Positions 37,775-48,594 of a DNA stretch of 64,000 bases are shown here, piece by piece. The notes under the pieces were generated by a model. That model did no database searches, was not told where the DNA came from, and saw only the letters and a program-made list of their open reading frames with translations. Source of the stretch: Sulfurospirillum sp. (GTDB lineage Bacteria; Campylobacterota; Campylobacteria; Campylobacterales; QNZT01); contig JANTGR010000001.1 in NCBI GenBank assembly GCA_024762875.1, positions 45,338 to 109,337 on the forward strand. Reading direction: 5' to 3'. The translations under genes were made by a program, and so were the position numbers. Position 1 is the stretch's first letter. Every line of letters starts with the position of its first letter.

Positions 37775-39979
37775 CTATATATCTTGTTCTACTATTTCTT
37801 CAAAAGTATTAAAATAAACTTTTTTGAGTTGATTTAAATCTTTTTTCACATCATTACAGATAAATTGTGTATCACTGCTGACTTTACCGATTCTATCTAT
37901 CATGATATGCTGTTCTTTGGCAAATGCTTCAAAAGCATCTGTATCTTCCACTTCAACAATAGCGCGTGAAAAGCTCTCTGAAAAGATATCCCTTTCATCT
38001 TCAACACGTATACCGCAGGCTGCAGATTTCCCACCAAGTACAGCCATTTTGGCTAAAGCTATGACGATACCGCCAACATTGACATCTTTGGCAGATTGTA
38101 AGAGTCCTTTTTGATTGGCTTCGATCACAAAATCCCACAACTTTAACTCTTTGTCCAAATCAATAGGGGCCAAAGTACCTTCCACTTTGTCAAAAAGCTC
38201 TTTCATGTATAGACTTCCACCAAAGTGATGACCGCTTTCACCTATGAGATAAAGAGCATTGCCCTCTTTTTGAAAAGAAGAAAAAAGTATGTTGTTTTGA
38301 TCTTCATTGACACCAACCATAGCGATTGCAGGTGTTGGGAAAACACCGACACCGTCAGTTTCATTGTAGAGTGAAACATTGCCACTGACTACAGGGGTAT
38401 GCAGCGCCTTACATGCTTCTTTAATACCTTCACATCCTTGTGCAAACTGCCACATGGTTTCAGGTTTTTCAGGATTACCGTAATTGAGACAATCTGTGAT
38501 TGCCAACGGCCTTGATCCTGTCATGGCTACATTTCTGCCACTCTCCATGACTGCAGCACTGGCACCACCCTGTGGATCGATATAACAATAACGCGGATTA
38601 CAGTCACTACTCATGGCAATGGCACGATTGGTCTCTTTTACACGCACCACACTGGCATCCAGACTACCGGGACCTTTTATAGAATTTGTTTGTACCATAG
38701 AATCATATTGTTTGTATATCCATGCTTTATTGACAACTTCTGCTGATGAAAATAATGTGTCAAAGGCACTGTTATTATCAACTTTTTCAAAATCGTCAAT
38801 TGTTGTATCTTTGATTTTATCCAAATAATCAGGTCGTTTGGTTGGACGATCAAGGATAGGTGCTTCTTCTGTGATAGGATCAATCGGCATATCTGCAACT
38901 TTTTCGTTATGCCAAAAAAGTTCCATATTTCCTGTATCAGTTACTTCTCCTATAATTGCCGCATCTAAATCCCATTTTTCAAAGATTTCAACAATCTTGT
39001 CTTCATATCCTTTTTTTGCACAAATCAGCATACGCTCTTGTGATTCAGAGAGCATAAAGTCGTATGGTGTCATATTTTCTTCACGCGCAGGCACTTGGTC
39101 AAGATGCATGATCATACCTGATCCACTTCTGCCCGCCATCTCAAATGAACTTGAAGTCAGTCCTGCTGCACCCATATCTTGGATACCGACGACATAGTCA
39201 TGTTGAAAAAGTTCCAAACAGGCTTCAAGTAATAATTTTTCAGCAAAAGGGTCACCTACCTGTACTGTAGGCCGCAGTGATTTACTCTCTTCTGTAAAAC
39301 TGTCACTACTCATCACAGCTCCACCTAGTCCATCTCGTCCGGTTTTACTACCGACATAGATGACAGGGTTTCCTACGCCTTCTGCTTTACCATAAAATAT
39401 TTCATCACTTTTACAGGTACCAAGAGTAAATGCATTGACAAGAATATTACCGTTATAAGCATCATCAAAAAAAGTTTCACCACCAATGGTCGGTACACCC
39501 ATACAGTTTCCATAGTCACCAATACCGGCTACAACACCACGTACCAGGTACCGTTGATGTCTTCCTATATCATCATCACGGGTGATATTGCCAAAACGCA
39601 GTGCATTCATATTGGCAATGGGTCTGGCACCCATGGTAAAGACATCTCGCAGTATCCCCCCTACTCCTGTTGCAGCACCCTGGTAAGGTTCTATAAACGA
39701 AGGATGGTTATGTGATTCCATTTTAAACACCGCAGCCATACCATCTCCGATATCTATGACACCGGCATTTTCACCAGGTCCCTGTATCACCCAGGGGGCA
39801 GATGTAGGGAAACCGTTAAGATATTTTTTACTAGATTTATAGGAGCAGTGTTCACTCCACATAGCAGAGAAAATACCGATTTCTAAAAGATTGGGCTCAC
39901 GCCCCAAGATAGTTTTAATATGTTCATAATCCAGCAGTGAAAGTTTGTGTGCATTTAATATCTCTTCGATATTTTCCAT
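37775..39979 (-). CDS. purL: phosphoribosylformylglycinamidine synthase subunit PurL
   Basis: 734 aa. It has PurL (small-type) AIR-synthase-like repeats and the motif ESHNHPS. Confidence 0.95.
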   Translation of the reverse strand: MENIEEILNAHKLSLLDYEHIKTILGREPNLLEIGIFSAMWSEHCSYKSSKKYLNGFPTSAPWVIQGPGENAGVIDIGDGMAAVFKMESHNHPSFIEPYQGAATGVGGILRDVFTMGARPIANMNALRFGNITRDDDIGRHQRYLVRGVVAGIGDYGNCMGVPTIGGETFFDDAYNGNILVNAFTLGTCKSDEIFYGKAEGVGNPVIYVGSKTGRDGLGGAVMSSDSFTEESKSLRPTVQVGDPFAEKLLLEACLELFQHDYVVGIQDMGAAGLTSSSFEMAGRSGSGMIMHLDQVPAREENMTPYDFMLSESQERMLICAKKGYEDKIVEIFEKWDLDAAIIGEVTDTGNMELFWHNEKVADMPIDPITEEAPILDRPTKRPDYLDKIKDTTIDDFEKVDNNSAFDTLFSSAEVVNKAWIYKQYDSMVQTNSIKGPGSLDASVVRVKETNRAIAMSSDCNPRYCYIDPQGGASAAVMESGRNVAMTGSRPLAITDCLNYGNPEKPETMWQFAQGCEGIKEACKALHTPVVSGNVSLYNETDGVGVFPTPAIAMVGVNEDQNNILFSSFQKEGNALYLIGESGHHFGGSLYMKELFDKVEGTLAPIDLDKELKLWDFVIEANQKGLLQSAKDVNVGGIVIALAKMAVLGGKSAACGIRVEDERDIFSESFSRAIVEVEDTDAFEAFAKEQHIMIDRIGKVSSDTQFICNDVKKDLNQLKKVYFNTFEEIVEQDI

Positions 39980-40051
39980 AAAATCCCTTTAGTAATTTTG
40001 CTAATTTTACTAAAAAAGTCCTTGCTTACAAGTAAAATAGCGCATGTTTGC

Positions 40052-40063
40052 TTATCATGATAA
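40052..40063. repeat. copy of the iterated palindrome (12-bp TTATCATGATAA), intergenic
   Basis: Read directly from the sequence. It lies between the purL start and the stop of the response-regulator gene. Confidence 0.9.
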
Positions 40064-40075
40064 ACAAATGGGAAA

Positions 40076-40822
40076 TTAGGCTGTTTCTGTCAGAGGTACA
40101 TAAAGTTTATATCCAATCCCATAGATACTCTCTATACAGTCAACTGGCAGTTTTTTTCTCAATTTGGAAACCAGGGAGCGAATATTGTCTTTTGAGAGTA
40201 CTATCTCTTCATATTCAAAATGGTGTATAATTTCATCGTTGGTACAAATTTTATTGATATTTTTAGAAAGAAGTTTCATAAATACCAGCTCATTTTTGGT
40301 CAATTTCAGTAAATTTCCTGCGTGAAAAAATGCATTTTTTTCGATATCAAAATAGCTTTCATGACTAAAATTAAGTCGATTATTTTCTATCTCCATCTGA
40401 TAGTTGTTATTGATTTTTTTAGTGACTTTATACAAGATATTCAGCATATTATCATGATCAATCGGCTTGGTGATAAATTGTTCAATACCTATATTGATCA
40501 GTGTCAGCAGGTACTCTGATTCATGATGGGCAGAGAGGACGACAATGGGCTGTGCGGGATTGATCTTATAAATTTCTTTAACAAGCGAAATTCCATCCAT
40601 CTCCGGCATCTTGATATCGGTAATAACCAAATCAAAATAAGCATTGTTTTTATCATGATAGGCTTTGTATTGTTTGAGACCTTCTTTGCCGTCTACGGCC
40701 CCTTCACAATACTCAAAATAATTATCTAATATTTCGATTGTATTTTCACGCAGTTCTGCATAATCTTCAACAAAGAGCATATTTAAATTTTTTGTTTCTT
40801 CATACAATAATTGGTAGCTCAT
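40076..40822 (-). CDS. OmpR-family two-component response regulator (REC + winged-helix)
   Basis: The REC domain reads LFVEDYAELRE...DLVITDIKMPEMDG...ITKPI. The C-terminal Trans_reg_C-like region reads LTKNELVFMKLL...VSKLRKKL...IESIYGIGYKL. Confidence 0.85.
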   Translation of the reverse strand: MSYQLLYEETKNLNMLFVEDYAELRENTIEILDNYFEYCEGAVDGKEGLKQYKAYHDKNNAYFDLVITDIKMPEMDGISLVKEIYKINPAQPIVVLSAHHESEYLLTLINIGIEQFITKPIDHDNMLNILYKVTKKINNNYQMEIENNRLNFSHESYFDIEKNAFFHAGNLLKLTKNELVFMKLLSKNINKICTNDEIIHHFEYEEIVLSKDNIRSLVSKLRKKLPVDCIESIYGIGYKLYVPLTETA

Positions 40823-40913
40823 GGGAATGCCTCTTCATTTTTTAGAGATGTCCCTATTATAATAAAATATACTTAATATAATCGTAAAATATTTTGGAAG
40901 AAAATGTATAAGA

Positions 40914-40997
40914 TGGTGCGACCGGGGAGATTTGAACTCCCACACCCGAAGGCACTACCCCCTCAAGGTAGCGTGTCTACCGTTCCACCACGATCGC
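40914..40997 (-). tRNA. tRNA-Leu (anticodon GAG)
   Basis: I folded the minus-strand sequence GCGATCG-TG-GTG-GAACGGTAGA-CAC-G-CTACC-TTGAGGG-GGTAG-(13-nt variable arm)-GGGAG-TTCAAAT-CTCCC-CGGTCGC-A-CCA by hand. It has a 7-bp acceptor stem with one G-U pair, a class II long variable arm, G37, and an encoded CCA. Confidence 0.9.
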
Positions 40998-41019
40998 ACA
41001 GTTTGAAAGAAAATGAGGG

Positions 41020-41053
41020 AGTAGAGATCTGTTAAGGCAGATCTCTACTTTTT
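41020..41053. terminator. rho-independent terminator downstream of atpE (hairpin with flanking A/T runs)
   Basis: An 11-12 bp perfect stem pairs (A)GTAGAGATCTG (41020-41031) with CAGATCTCTAC(T) (41038-41049) around a 6-nt loop. T-rich sequence lies on both sides. Confidence 0.6.
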
Positions 41054-41055
41054 AC

Positions 41056-41370
41056 TTATCCAAGAAATGGATTAGCATAAAGCGCGATAAGAGCAATAAC
41101 AAGTGCATAAATAACTTGTGCTTCAATCATCGCAAGAGCAATAAACATAGTTGTCATAAGTTTACCACCCAAACCTGGGTTTCTAGCAGTACCTGCGATT
41201 GTTGCAGCAGCTGTATGACCCATACCGATAGCACCACCGAGTGCAGCCAAACCAAGACCAACACCAGCAGCTAAAACTGAATAACCTTTTAATGTTTCGT
41301 TAGCAACAGCACCGTCACTAGCAAATGCAGCAGTTGCAATAGCAACCATCAAAAATAGAATCTTCTTCAT
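41056..41370 (-). CDS. atpE: F0F1 ATP synthase subunit c
   Basis: The protein from the ATG at 41370 reads MKKILFLMVAIATAAFASDG...GTARNPGLGGKLMTTMFIALAMIEAQVIYALVIALIALYANPFLG. A GGAGAAAC Shine-Dalgarno lies upstream. I reject the longer ORF-track start at 41436. Confidence 0.9.
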   Translation of the reverse strand: MKKILFLMVAIATAAFASDGAVANETLKGYSVLAAGVGLGLAALGGAIGMGHTAAATIAGTARNPGLGGKLMTTMFIALAMIEAQVIYALVIALIALYANPFLG

Positions 41371-41448
41371 GAAGTTTCTCCTTATAAAAATATTGTTTTC
41401 TTGAGTCCGTTCGGCTTGCGTATCCCTACTTAACACTTAAGAAGCGAT

Positions 41449-41457
41449 ATTTTAGCA
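41449..41457 (-). promoter_or_regulatory. putative extended -10 promoter (TGcTAAAAT) of atpE
   Basis: The minus strand reads TGCTAAAAT about 80 nt upstream of the atpE ATG. It is the same 9-mer as upstream of the antiporter gene at 954-962. Confidence 0.4.
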
Positions 41458-41471
41458 AAACAATCTTAAAA

Positions 41472-43682
41472 TTAAACTTTTTCTATGAATCCCAATTCGA
41501 TTTTATTGCCTTTTTGACCCAAAATCTTTACTTTAACCTTATCATCAATATTGACAATATCTGTCACTTTCTCTACACGGTCATCAGAGAGTTTTGAGAT
41601 ATGCAGCAATCCATCCACACCTCCTGGCAACTCTACAAAAGCACCAAAATCAACAATACGTTTTACAAGTCCGTCAAAAACTTGTCCCTCTTTAAACACA
41701 GGTGTCGGTTTTTTGTCTCTTTTTTGTTCATTTCTGGCAGCTGCTACTTCTCGTATATGATCACATGCTGCTTCTACTTTGGCATTATTTTCACCTTCTA
41801 CCTTCACTTTGCCGCTGTCACGATCCAGGTCAATTGATACTTCAAACTTTTCTATGATTTCTTTGATGTTTTTGCCGGCTTGTCCGATGATAGCACCAAA
41901 GGTTGAAGGATCCAGCGAAAAGATAGACTGAGATGGCAGCACTTCTTCATTTAAGACGATGGCATCACTTGCTTTTTCCATGATGTCCAGGATATGATCA
42001 CGTGCTTCACTGGCTTGGTAGATTGCTTCTTTCAGTGTCTGCTGGTCGATACCTCCGAGTTTGATATCCATCTGTAATGCTGTGATACCATCTCTTGTCC
42101 CGGCTATCTTAAAGTCCATATCACCATCATGATCTTCAAGTCCCATAATATCTGTTAAAATAGCATATTGATCCTCTTCCACTACCAATCCCATTGCGAC
42201 ACCAGCAACCAGCTTTTCCACATCCAAATCTGCCGCTTTCAAGGCCAGAGAACCGCCACAGACTGTTGCCATAGAAGAGGAACCATTAGACTCCAAAATT
42301 TCTGATACAAGACGTACTGTTTCACTTTTATCCAAGTTGATAGAAGGTTCGATAGCACGTTTTGCCAAGTTGCCATGTCCCAGTTCCCGTCTGCCTGGAG
42401 CTCTTAGCATGGAGGCTTCACCCACAGAAAAACCAGGAAAATTATAATGTACCATGAAATTTTCATACTGTGTCTCTTTTGCAGTCAACAGATCATACTG
42501 CTGTGCATCTTTTGCATTACCTAAGGTCAAAGCAACCAGTGCCTGTGTCTGCCCTCTGGTAAAGAGGCATGAACTATGAACAGATGGGAGAATATTTGTC
42601 TCGATGCTGATATCTCTTACATCTTTAAGTCCTCTGCCGTCTGCTCGTTTGCCTTCACGCAATATCATCGAACGTACCAGCCCTTTTTTATATTTGTTAA
42701 CCATATTTTCGATGAGTGTAAAATCCCAGTTTTCTTTGATTGCTGTATCATCGAGCATGATCTCTTTGGAAATTTTGGCCAGTTCACCTGCTCTTTCACT
42801 TTTCGCCATCTGTTGGATTGCGGCTACAATCTTATCATGATAGAACTCTTGTATATAGGTTAGAAGGTTACTGTCTTCCTTGCTCTGGGTGAAGCTTAAA
42901 ACTGCATCTTCTTTTTTATAAGGCGTAAACCCTTCTTCGTAAGCCAAAGAAGCTACTTTGATAGCTTCACCCGCAAAAGACAAAGCTTCTAAAACTTCAT
43001 CATTGCCAAGTTCATTCATCTTGTGTACAGAGATGATATTTTCACCCATACCTGTGGACATCATAGGATCGATATCCACAACAGAAACGACTTCATTTTC
43101 TTCTGTAGCATTGACTTTCATCTCTATCATCAAAAGTTCATCTTTGGTACCTGCTACAAACAGGTCCAAGGTACTCTCTTCCAGGGCAGACTGGCTTGGA
43201 TTGATGATCAGTTGATCATCAACTTTTCCAATACGCACACCACATACATTTTTATTGACAGGAATATCAGAGAGGAAAAGTGCGGCAGATGCTGCATTGA
43301 TAGCCATTGTTTGTAAATCTACATCACTATCTGCACTCATGACCATGATTGTTATCTGTGTCGGATAGGTATAGCCTTTTGGAAAAAGCGGTCTTAAACT
43401 TCGATCAACAATACGGGATGTTAATGTTTCAAAGTCACCCGGTCGATTCTCTCTTTTGATAAAACCGCCTGGTATTTTACCTACGGCATAGGCTTTTTCA
43501 ACATATTGGACAGTCAAAGGAAGAAAATCTTCTTCACTGGGTTTTTCATCATAGGCAACTGTTGCCAAAACGACAGCTTTGCCATTTCTCAGCATCACTG
43601 CACCACTTGCCTGTTTGGCTACTTTGTCTATCTCATAGATCTCTATTTTATTATTGACTTCTACTTTTACACTACAACTCAT
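41472..43682 (-). CDS. pnp: polyribonucleotide nucleotidyltransferase (PNPase)
   Basis: It has two RNase PH domains, a KH domain ([11 protein letters not shown]) and an S1 domain ([20 protein letters not shown]). The start is at 43682 (MSCSVKVEV), with GGAGAAAG upstream. Confidence 0.95.
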   Translation of the reverse strand: MSCSVKVEVNNKIEIYEIDKVAKQASGAVMLRNGKAVVLATVAYDEKPSEEDFLPLTVQYVEKAYAVGKIPGGFIKRENRPGDFETLTSRIVDRSLRPLFPKGYTYPTQITIMVMSADSDVDLQTMAINAASAALFLSDIPVNKNVCGVRIGKVDDQLIINPSQSALEESTLDLFVAGTKDELLMIEMKVNATEENEVVSVVDIDPMMSTGMGENIISVHKMNELGNDEVLEALSFAGEAIKVASLAYEEGFTPYKKEDAVLSFTQSKEDSNLLTYIQEFYHDKIVAAIQQMAKSERAGELAKISKEIMLDDTAIKENWDFTLIENMVNKYKKGLVRSMILREGKRADGRGLKDVRDISIETNILPSVHSSCLFTRGQTQALVALTLGNAKDAQQYDLLTAKETQYENFMVHYNFPGFSVGEASMLRAPGRRELGHGNLAKRAIEPSINLDKSETVRLVSEILESNGSSSMATVCGGSLALKAADLDVEKLVAGVAMGLVVEEDQYAILTDIMGLEDHDGDMDFKIAGTRDGITALQMDIKLGGIDQQTLKEAIYQASEARDHILDIMEKASDAIVLNEEVLPSQSIFSLDPSTFGAIIGQAGKNIKEIIEKFEVSIDLDRDSGKVKVEGENNAKVEAACDHIREVAAARNEQKRDKKPTPVFKEGQVFDGLVKRIVDFGAFVELPGGVDGLLHISKLSDDRVEKVTDIVNIDDKVKVKILGQKGNKIELGFIEKV

Positions 43683-44379
43683 TATCTTTCTCCTTCTGAT
43701 ATGGCAAATAATATGCACTTTCTTCTAATTTTTTTCGTATTTTTTTCCCGGGTATGCGCTCCAGGCTATCATAATATCGCTCAACAGATATAAAGTTTTC
43801 TATCTGATGATTGGTATAAATTTTATCGACTTTCAAATCCAAACTGTGAAATAGATCATCTGCGATGACAGGTGTGGCCAGCAGTACTTTTTTTGTTTGT
43901 AGGTTCAGCACCGACTTTAAAGCACACATTGTACTAAGACCAGTTTCACAGCCCTCATCTATCAATAAAACAGTTTTATCTTTTAAGTTTGAAAGAGGCA
44001 GTGCTTTTCTAAATTTATAAATGTTATCTAAAATATCATCATTATAGCGCCTTTGGGCCTCAGCATAGATATAATCTTCTGAGATCCCAAAAGCATGCAC
44101 CAACTCTTCATGCATCACGATTTCTTTTGTCTCACTGACCATTGCAATCTGACAGTCATCATTGTTGGGTGCAACAATAGGTTTGACAATAAAAATATCA
44201 AAAAAGAGAGAAAGCTTTTGTGCTATCTCTTCTGCCATTTCAACACTTCCCCGTGAAAGTGCCAATAAGATCCACTGCTCTTTTTGCATCAATTGCTGGG
44301 GTAAAATTGCCAGTAAATCCTCTACAGCTTCCTGTCTGTTTTTATAAATATAGTCTTTAGAATCTGAATTTACTGGCAT
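43672..44379 (-). CDS. phosphoribosyltransferase-family protein
   Basis: It has a PRTase PRPP-binding-like motif ([16 protein letters not shown]). The start at 44379 (MPVNSDSKD) is uncertain. It overlaps both neighbouring genes. Confidence 0.65.
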   Translation of the reverse strand: MPVNSDSKDYIYKNRQEAVEDLLAILPQQLMQKEQWILLALSRGSVEMAEEIAQKLSLFFDIFIVKPIVAPNNDDCQIAMVSETKEIVMHEELVHAFGISEDYIYAEAQRRYNDDILDNIYKFRKALPLSNLKDKTVLLIDEGCETGLSTMCALKSVLNLQTKKVLLATPVIADDLFHSLDLKVDKIYTNHQIENFISVERYYDSLERIPGKKIRKKLEESAYYLPYQKEKDNEL

Positions 44380-44626
44380 GATTACTTTCTGGAAACTGTT
44401 TTTGTATCTCTTCTTCACTAAATGTGAATCTAAAATTAAGCGCATATGCTTTTAAAAGCGCGTAAGCTGCATTTATTTCAACCATTTTACTATTTTCTTT
44501 ATTAATATCAGGATGATGCTGTTTGCTCAGTGTGCGATAACGTGATTTTATCTCATTTAATGAGACCAGGGTTGGAAGGTTTAACACATCCAAGGCATGG
44601 TGAATCTCTTTTTCAATGTTACGCAT
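44357..44626 (-). CDS. small J-domain (DnaJ-like) protein
   Basis: 89 aa. The J-domain carries the HPD motif (IKSRYRTLSKQHHPDIN). Confidence 0.75.
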   Translation of the reverse strand: MRNIEKEIHHALDVLNLPTLVSLNEIKSRYRTLSKQHHPDINKENSKMVEINAAYALLKAYALNFRFTFSEEEIQKQFPESNHASKFRF

Positions 44627-46062
44627 TATCTGGCAAAAGATCCCAAGCTTTGTGACATAATCAATGTTTTTAAATCATCATCATAAAAATTGACACCAAG
44701 ACCCAAAAAGATATTGGAAGCATCTTTATTTAAGAAGTTATCTACACCTCCATAGAGATCCAGATGCTTTAAGAGTGTGTATCTGGCAGAGAGTTTGGTA
44801 TGAGGCTTGGTTCCACGAATATCTTTTTCAGCATTAAAATCAAAAACTTCTGCAGAAGTCTTTAATGCATCATTTAAGAGATAATAATCCAACCCGGCAC
44901 CAAAAGTACTTTCAATCAGTCCCGCACGCAAGGTAGCATCATCAAAGCGTTTGGCAATTTGAGCCGACACCAGCAACTTTGTTTTATCATGCAGCGCAGG
45001 GGAGATCAAATTCCCTTCTGTATCTGTTTTGGTATAATTATCCATGCCGACAATGTCCAGTTTGTAACTTTTAGAGTCACTTGGTTTATAGTTAAGTGAC
45101 AAGTAGCCTTTGTTGTATTTATCCTTGCTCATCCATTGTGAATACATCGCTACTTTCAATTTGACTTTATCAATGGCACCTAAGAGATTATCTACTTTTG
45201 TAAAGGTATCTTCACCAGAAGAGAAGAATGAATCTGCAGAAGTAAGCGTAGAGTTTAACGGTTTTCTATTTTCATTGATAATAGCTTCCAAATTATTGCC
45301 AATAGCAGTAAATTTATCTGCTAAATCAGGCACTTTTGTTTTTATTTGACGGCTTGCTACTTTTAAATCTTTTACCAAATTGTCAAGATTGGCCATAATG
45401 GCAGGTAACTTTCCGTTGATAATATCTGCTGTTTTAGAAAACTTTTCTCCTGTGACGGACAAGTTTTTTGCCATATTATTAAAATTGTCAGCTGTTTCAT
45501 TCAGGCGGTTTAACTTTGCAAACTCTTTTAACTGGTCTGTAATGGCTTCCAAATTGGCAAATGTCTTACGTAAATTATCCCTGGACTGTAGATCAAAGAC
45601 TTTTCTAAAATCCACGATAAAAGCTTTAAACTCATCGGCTGCAGCACTCATTGAATCACTCGCTTTATTGATACTGGCGAGACTTTTTCCGCTTTTTATT
45701 TCGTCATTTTGTTTCAACAAACTGTTTGAACGGCCTAGTTGAATACCTGCATATTTCCCACCCAGCATCGACTCTTGCATTGGTGTTAAAACTGAGTCGT
45801 CAGGGATTTTGGTCCCCTCATTGATAAAAATCTTTGCAAGAATTTTATCATGGTCAATACTTAAAGAATTGATATATCCGACATCAATACCATTGGCCTT
45901 TACTTTTGAATTTTTTTCCAAGCCGGCGGCATTTTCCAAATGGGTATAAAGGGTATAACCTTTTTTTGAAAGGTTCTTAAAACTCCCTACCTGCGTTGTC
46001 AGGAAAAAAAGCAGGATCATACTGATAAAAACAAATATACCTACTTTGACTTCACTTTTCAT
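44626..46062 (-). CDS. MCE/MlaD-family protein with long helical and beta-rich C-terminal extension
   Basis: 478 aa. It has an N-terminal TM helix and an MCE domain (YTLYTHLENAAGLEKNSKVKANGIDVGYINSLSI). About 170 aa of helical repeats follow, then about 180 aa of beta-rich sequence. Confidence 0.7.
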   Translation of the reverse strand: MKSEVKVGIFVFISMILLFFLTTQVGSFKNLSKKGYTLYTHLENAAGLEKNSKVKANGIDVGYINSLSIDHDKILAKIFINEGTKIPDDSVLTPMQESMLGGKYAGIQLGRSNSLLKQNDEIKSGKSLASINKASDSMSAAADEFKAFIVDFRKVFDLQSRDNLRKTFANLEAITDQLKEFAKLNRLNETADNFNNMAKNLSVTGEKFSKTADIINGKLPAIMANLDNLVKDLKVASRQIKTKVPDLADKFTAIGNNLEAIINENRKPLNSTLTSADSFFSSGEDTFTKVDNLLGAIDKVKLKVAMYSQWMSKDKYNKGYLSLNYKPSDSKSYKLDIVGMDNYTKTDTEGNLISPALHDKTKLLVSAQIAKRFDDATLRAGLIESTFGAGLDYYLLNDALKTSAEVFDFNAEKDIRGTKPHTKLSARYTLLKHLDLYGGVDNFLNKDASNIFLGLGVNFYDDDLKTLIMSQSLGSFAR

Positions 46063-48149
46063 TTTAATCCTTCTAAATTATTCAAATCCAGTGTTGACTC
46101 TTGATTGTATTTATACGACATACCACCAAAGGGTGAAAAACGTACAAATAGTAATACCCCTCTTTTTACAAGAGATTCAGTTCCGGCACTGGTCAAACTT
46201 GGTGTGATTGATTCTTTATAACGAAATCTATAATCCCAACATCGTTTTTTCATACTCCAGCCCAAAGACCATTCTTTGGCAAAGTTATCTTCAATATCAT
46301 AATCAAAAGAAGCAAATATATCATAATTTGCATCTATTTTAGAATTGAAATCCGCTGTGATAAAATTTGTATTTTTATCATCTACTTTATTTTCATAAGT
46401 ATGGTTCAAATTCAAGGCATACTGTTTATTATGATAGTGTAAGCCAGTTTGCAATTTTTTTATTCTATCATATTTATGAGAAAAAAAGAGCGTATTGTAG
46501 ATATAAAAGTCCGGAGAAAATTTATAGATCATTTGATTTTCCAAATCACCATATTTGTAAAATGCAGCATCATCATAAAAAACCTGTCTGAAACGGTGGA
46601 TAAAAAAATCAAAACCGTCCAGGGTATAAAAATATTGATTGACTTTAACCGCTAAGGATTTGGTCTCTAAATTAAAAGGCAAAAAATCGGCGAAATAGCC
46701 GCTTTTATGCTCAAAACTGGGTAATATCATACTCATATCTGCCTGCATATTATGGATATAGTCCCCACCCTCTCTTGTCAGATCAGAGTTGAGTGATAGT
46801 TTGTGATAGTTGGAAAAATAGTCTGCATTGACAGTCGTAACATTACCTTCACTGTAATGCACCCGTGAATAATAAAAATTTTCAGATATTGCAAAATGGA
46901 GATAATCACCAAACAGGCTTTTGTTGAAAGTAATGGGAATAGCTATTTCATGCTGCCTGGCATTGAGTCCGACTGAACGATAGTTGTTTTTATATTTATA
47001 ATCCATTGCATACAGAATATTGGGAATGCCAATCGCTTTTAAAAACCGGTGATACTGGATAGACGGCAAAGTCTGAAGGGTGTCAGCATTGCTCGTTTTT
47101 TCAGTATCAATGAAGTATTTTCCATAAATACCTAAAAAATCTTCATCTCGATAAAAAACATAGTTGGCTCTTGATGTGACAAGCTTGGACTCTGCCCAAT
47201 CTTTTTTGTGGTCAAGATTGTGATAGTCAATGTCATTGAGGTAGGTAGCATCAATCATCAAGCCATCATGATAACGGTGATTTTTCAAAGCAGAGGTTAA
47301 AAGTGCAGAGTTTTGGTAGGTGACTTCCATTCCAAAATGTGATCTATTTTCCAAATTATTTGCCTCAAAATAAGCTTTATTCTCTTTGAATAATCCTGTA
47401 TTAATTGCACCAAATGAATGATCAGAGTCAACAAATCTTAATGTACTATAAAGCCCTACTCCCCTGTTTAATCGTATTTGCGGATCTATTTCCAGATCCC
47501 AGTTATCCTCATTGGCAATATAATATGGCTGTACAAAAAATAAATTTTCACTGCTTTCAAAACCAATAATGGGTTTTAAAAATCCGCTCTTTCTTTTGTT
47601 GTTGACCGAGAAAGCAAACCAGGGCAGATACAGTAAAGGTATATTGCCAGCATAAAAAGTGGGATTGTAGATAGATACATATTCTTTTTTACTATCATAA
47701 ATACCTGTACTAAATTTAATTTTCCAGTCAGGGTTGGATCGTTCACAACTTGAAATAATGGTATCTTTCAAGTTATATTTGGATGCATTATGATCGGTTG
47801 ATGCGGTATTAAACCACATGTGACTATCCAGATCATAAGCAAAAAGATTGTCACCTTTAAAAGTTTTTGTTTTGAGATTAAAAGTAGTTTGATCGATCTT
47901 TATGAGTAATTTTTGACGCAGAAAAATATCAACATTTCCCCACAAGTCCAGATTACCGCTATCTCTATGGTAACGGGTTTTATCTGCACGAAAAGAGTAC
48001 TCTTTTGAATAGATAACCACATCACCTTCTGCGATGATGGTCTCTTTTTCAGTGTGTATATTCTTGGCTAAAAGTTCATATTCCTTGGTTAGTGCCTGCG
48101 CATGAACAAAAGTGAGCAAAAATAGTAAAACAAGCAGGAACCTAAGCAT
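46059..48149 (-). CDS. lptD: LPS-assembly outer-membrane protein LptD (OstA family)
   Basis: 696 aa. It has a signal peptide, an OstA_N-like N-terminus (IIAEGDVVIYSKEYSFRADKTRYHRDSGNLDLWGNV), and a large beta-barrel-like, Tyr/Phe-rich remainder. Confidence 0.8.
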   Translation of the reverse strand: MLRFLLVLLFLLTFVHAQALTKEYELLAKNIHTEKETIIAEGDVVIYSKEYSFRADKTRYHRDSGNLDLWGNVDIFLRQKLLIKIDQTTFNLKTKTFKGDNLFAYDLDSHMWFNTASTDHNASKYNLKDTIISSCERSNPDWKIKFSTGIYDSKKEYVSIYNPTFYAGNIPLLYLPWFAFSVNNKRKSGFLKPIIGFESSENLFFVQPYYIANEDNWDLEIDPQIRLNRGVGLYSTLRFVDSDHSFGAINTGLFKENKAYFEANNLENRSHFGMEVTYQNSALLTSALKNHRYHDGLMIDATYLNDIDYHNLDHKKDWAESKLVTSRANYVFYRDEDFLGIYGKYFIDTEKTSNADTLQTLPSIQYHRFLKAIGIPNILYAMDYKYKNNYRSVGLNARQHEIAIPITFNKSLFGDYLHFAISENFYYSRVHYSEGNVTTVNADYFSNYHKLSLNSDLTREGGDYIHNMQADMSMILPSFEHKSGYFADFLPFNLETKSLAVKVNQYFYTLDGFDFFIHRFRQVFYDDAAFYKYGDLENQMIYKFSPDFYIYNTLFFSHKYDRIKKLQTGLHYHNKQYALNLNHTYENKVDDKNTNFITADFNSKIDANYDIFASFDYDIEDNFAKEWSLGWSMKKRCWDYRFRYKESITPSLTSAGTESLVKRGVLLFVRFSPFGGMSYKYNQESTLDLNNLEGLK

Positions 48150-48594
48150 TTACAACCAAAGTTTTTGCAAATTTGTCATGCCAGGTTTCACGCAGTGGTG
48201 TGAAATTTGCCCAGATAAATCCAATATAAAAAAAGATTTCACTAAGCGCCCTTACAAAAGCACGTTTGAAAGACTCAATCCAGTCAGGCTGATCAAAATG
48301 TTCACGGCTCATCACACGAATCTTAAGCGCCATTTTACCCAAAGTAGCACCATAGAGTGCCACAAAAATAGTTTGATACAGTGTTTTGACCGTTATGATA
48401 TAGATAAAAAGGGAGTTGATAAAGAGAACCAGTGTCTGGGGATCTGTAATGGCTTTAAATTTATCCCAAAATATAATGGTAAAAAGCAAAGAGATGATGA
48501 TATCATCAATCATAAATGCCAAAGCTCTTTTATTAAAAGAGGCCAACGCGATATTTTCTCTTTTTAGTTGGCTTGCTACTGCTTCATCATCCAT
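48142..48594 (-). CDS. RDD-family membrane protein
   Basis: 150 aa. It has the RDD signature region (KRALAFMIDDIIISLLF) and 3 TM helices. Confidence 0.7.
   Translation of the reverse strand: MDDEAVASQLKRENIALASFNKRALAFMIDDIIISLLFTIIFWDKFKAITDPQTLVLFINSLFIYIITVKTLYQTIFVALYGATLGKMALKIRVMSREHFDQPDWIESFKRAFVRALSEIFFYIGFIWANFTPLRETWHDKFAKTLVVNA

Noticed and set aside
41293-41370. An N-terminal signal-peptide-like extension (MKKILFLMVAIATAAFASDG) on ATP synthase subunit c.
   Set aside because: From memory, the same kind of extension is present on Helicobacter AtpE. I treat it as a lineage-typical feature rather than a novelty.
43768-43777. TATCATAATA and other near-palindrome strings with a disrupted central CATG (also 46437-46446 and 29587-29596).
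   Set aside because: I counted these only as one- or two-mismatch variants. On their own they are expected at roughly this frequency in AT-rich DNA and are not evidence for the element.
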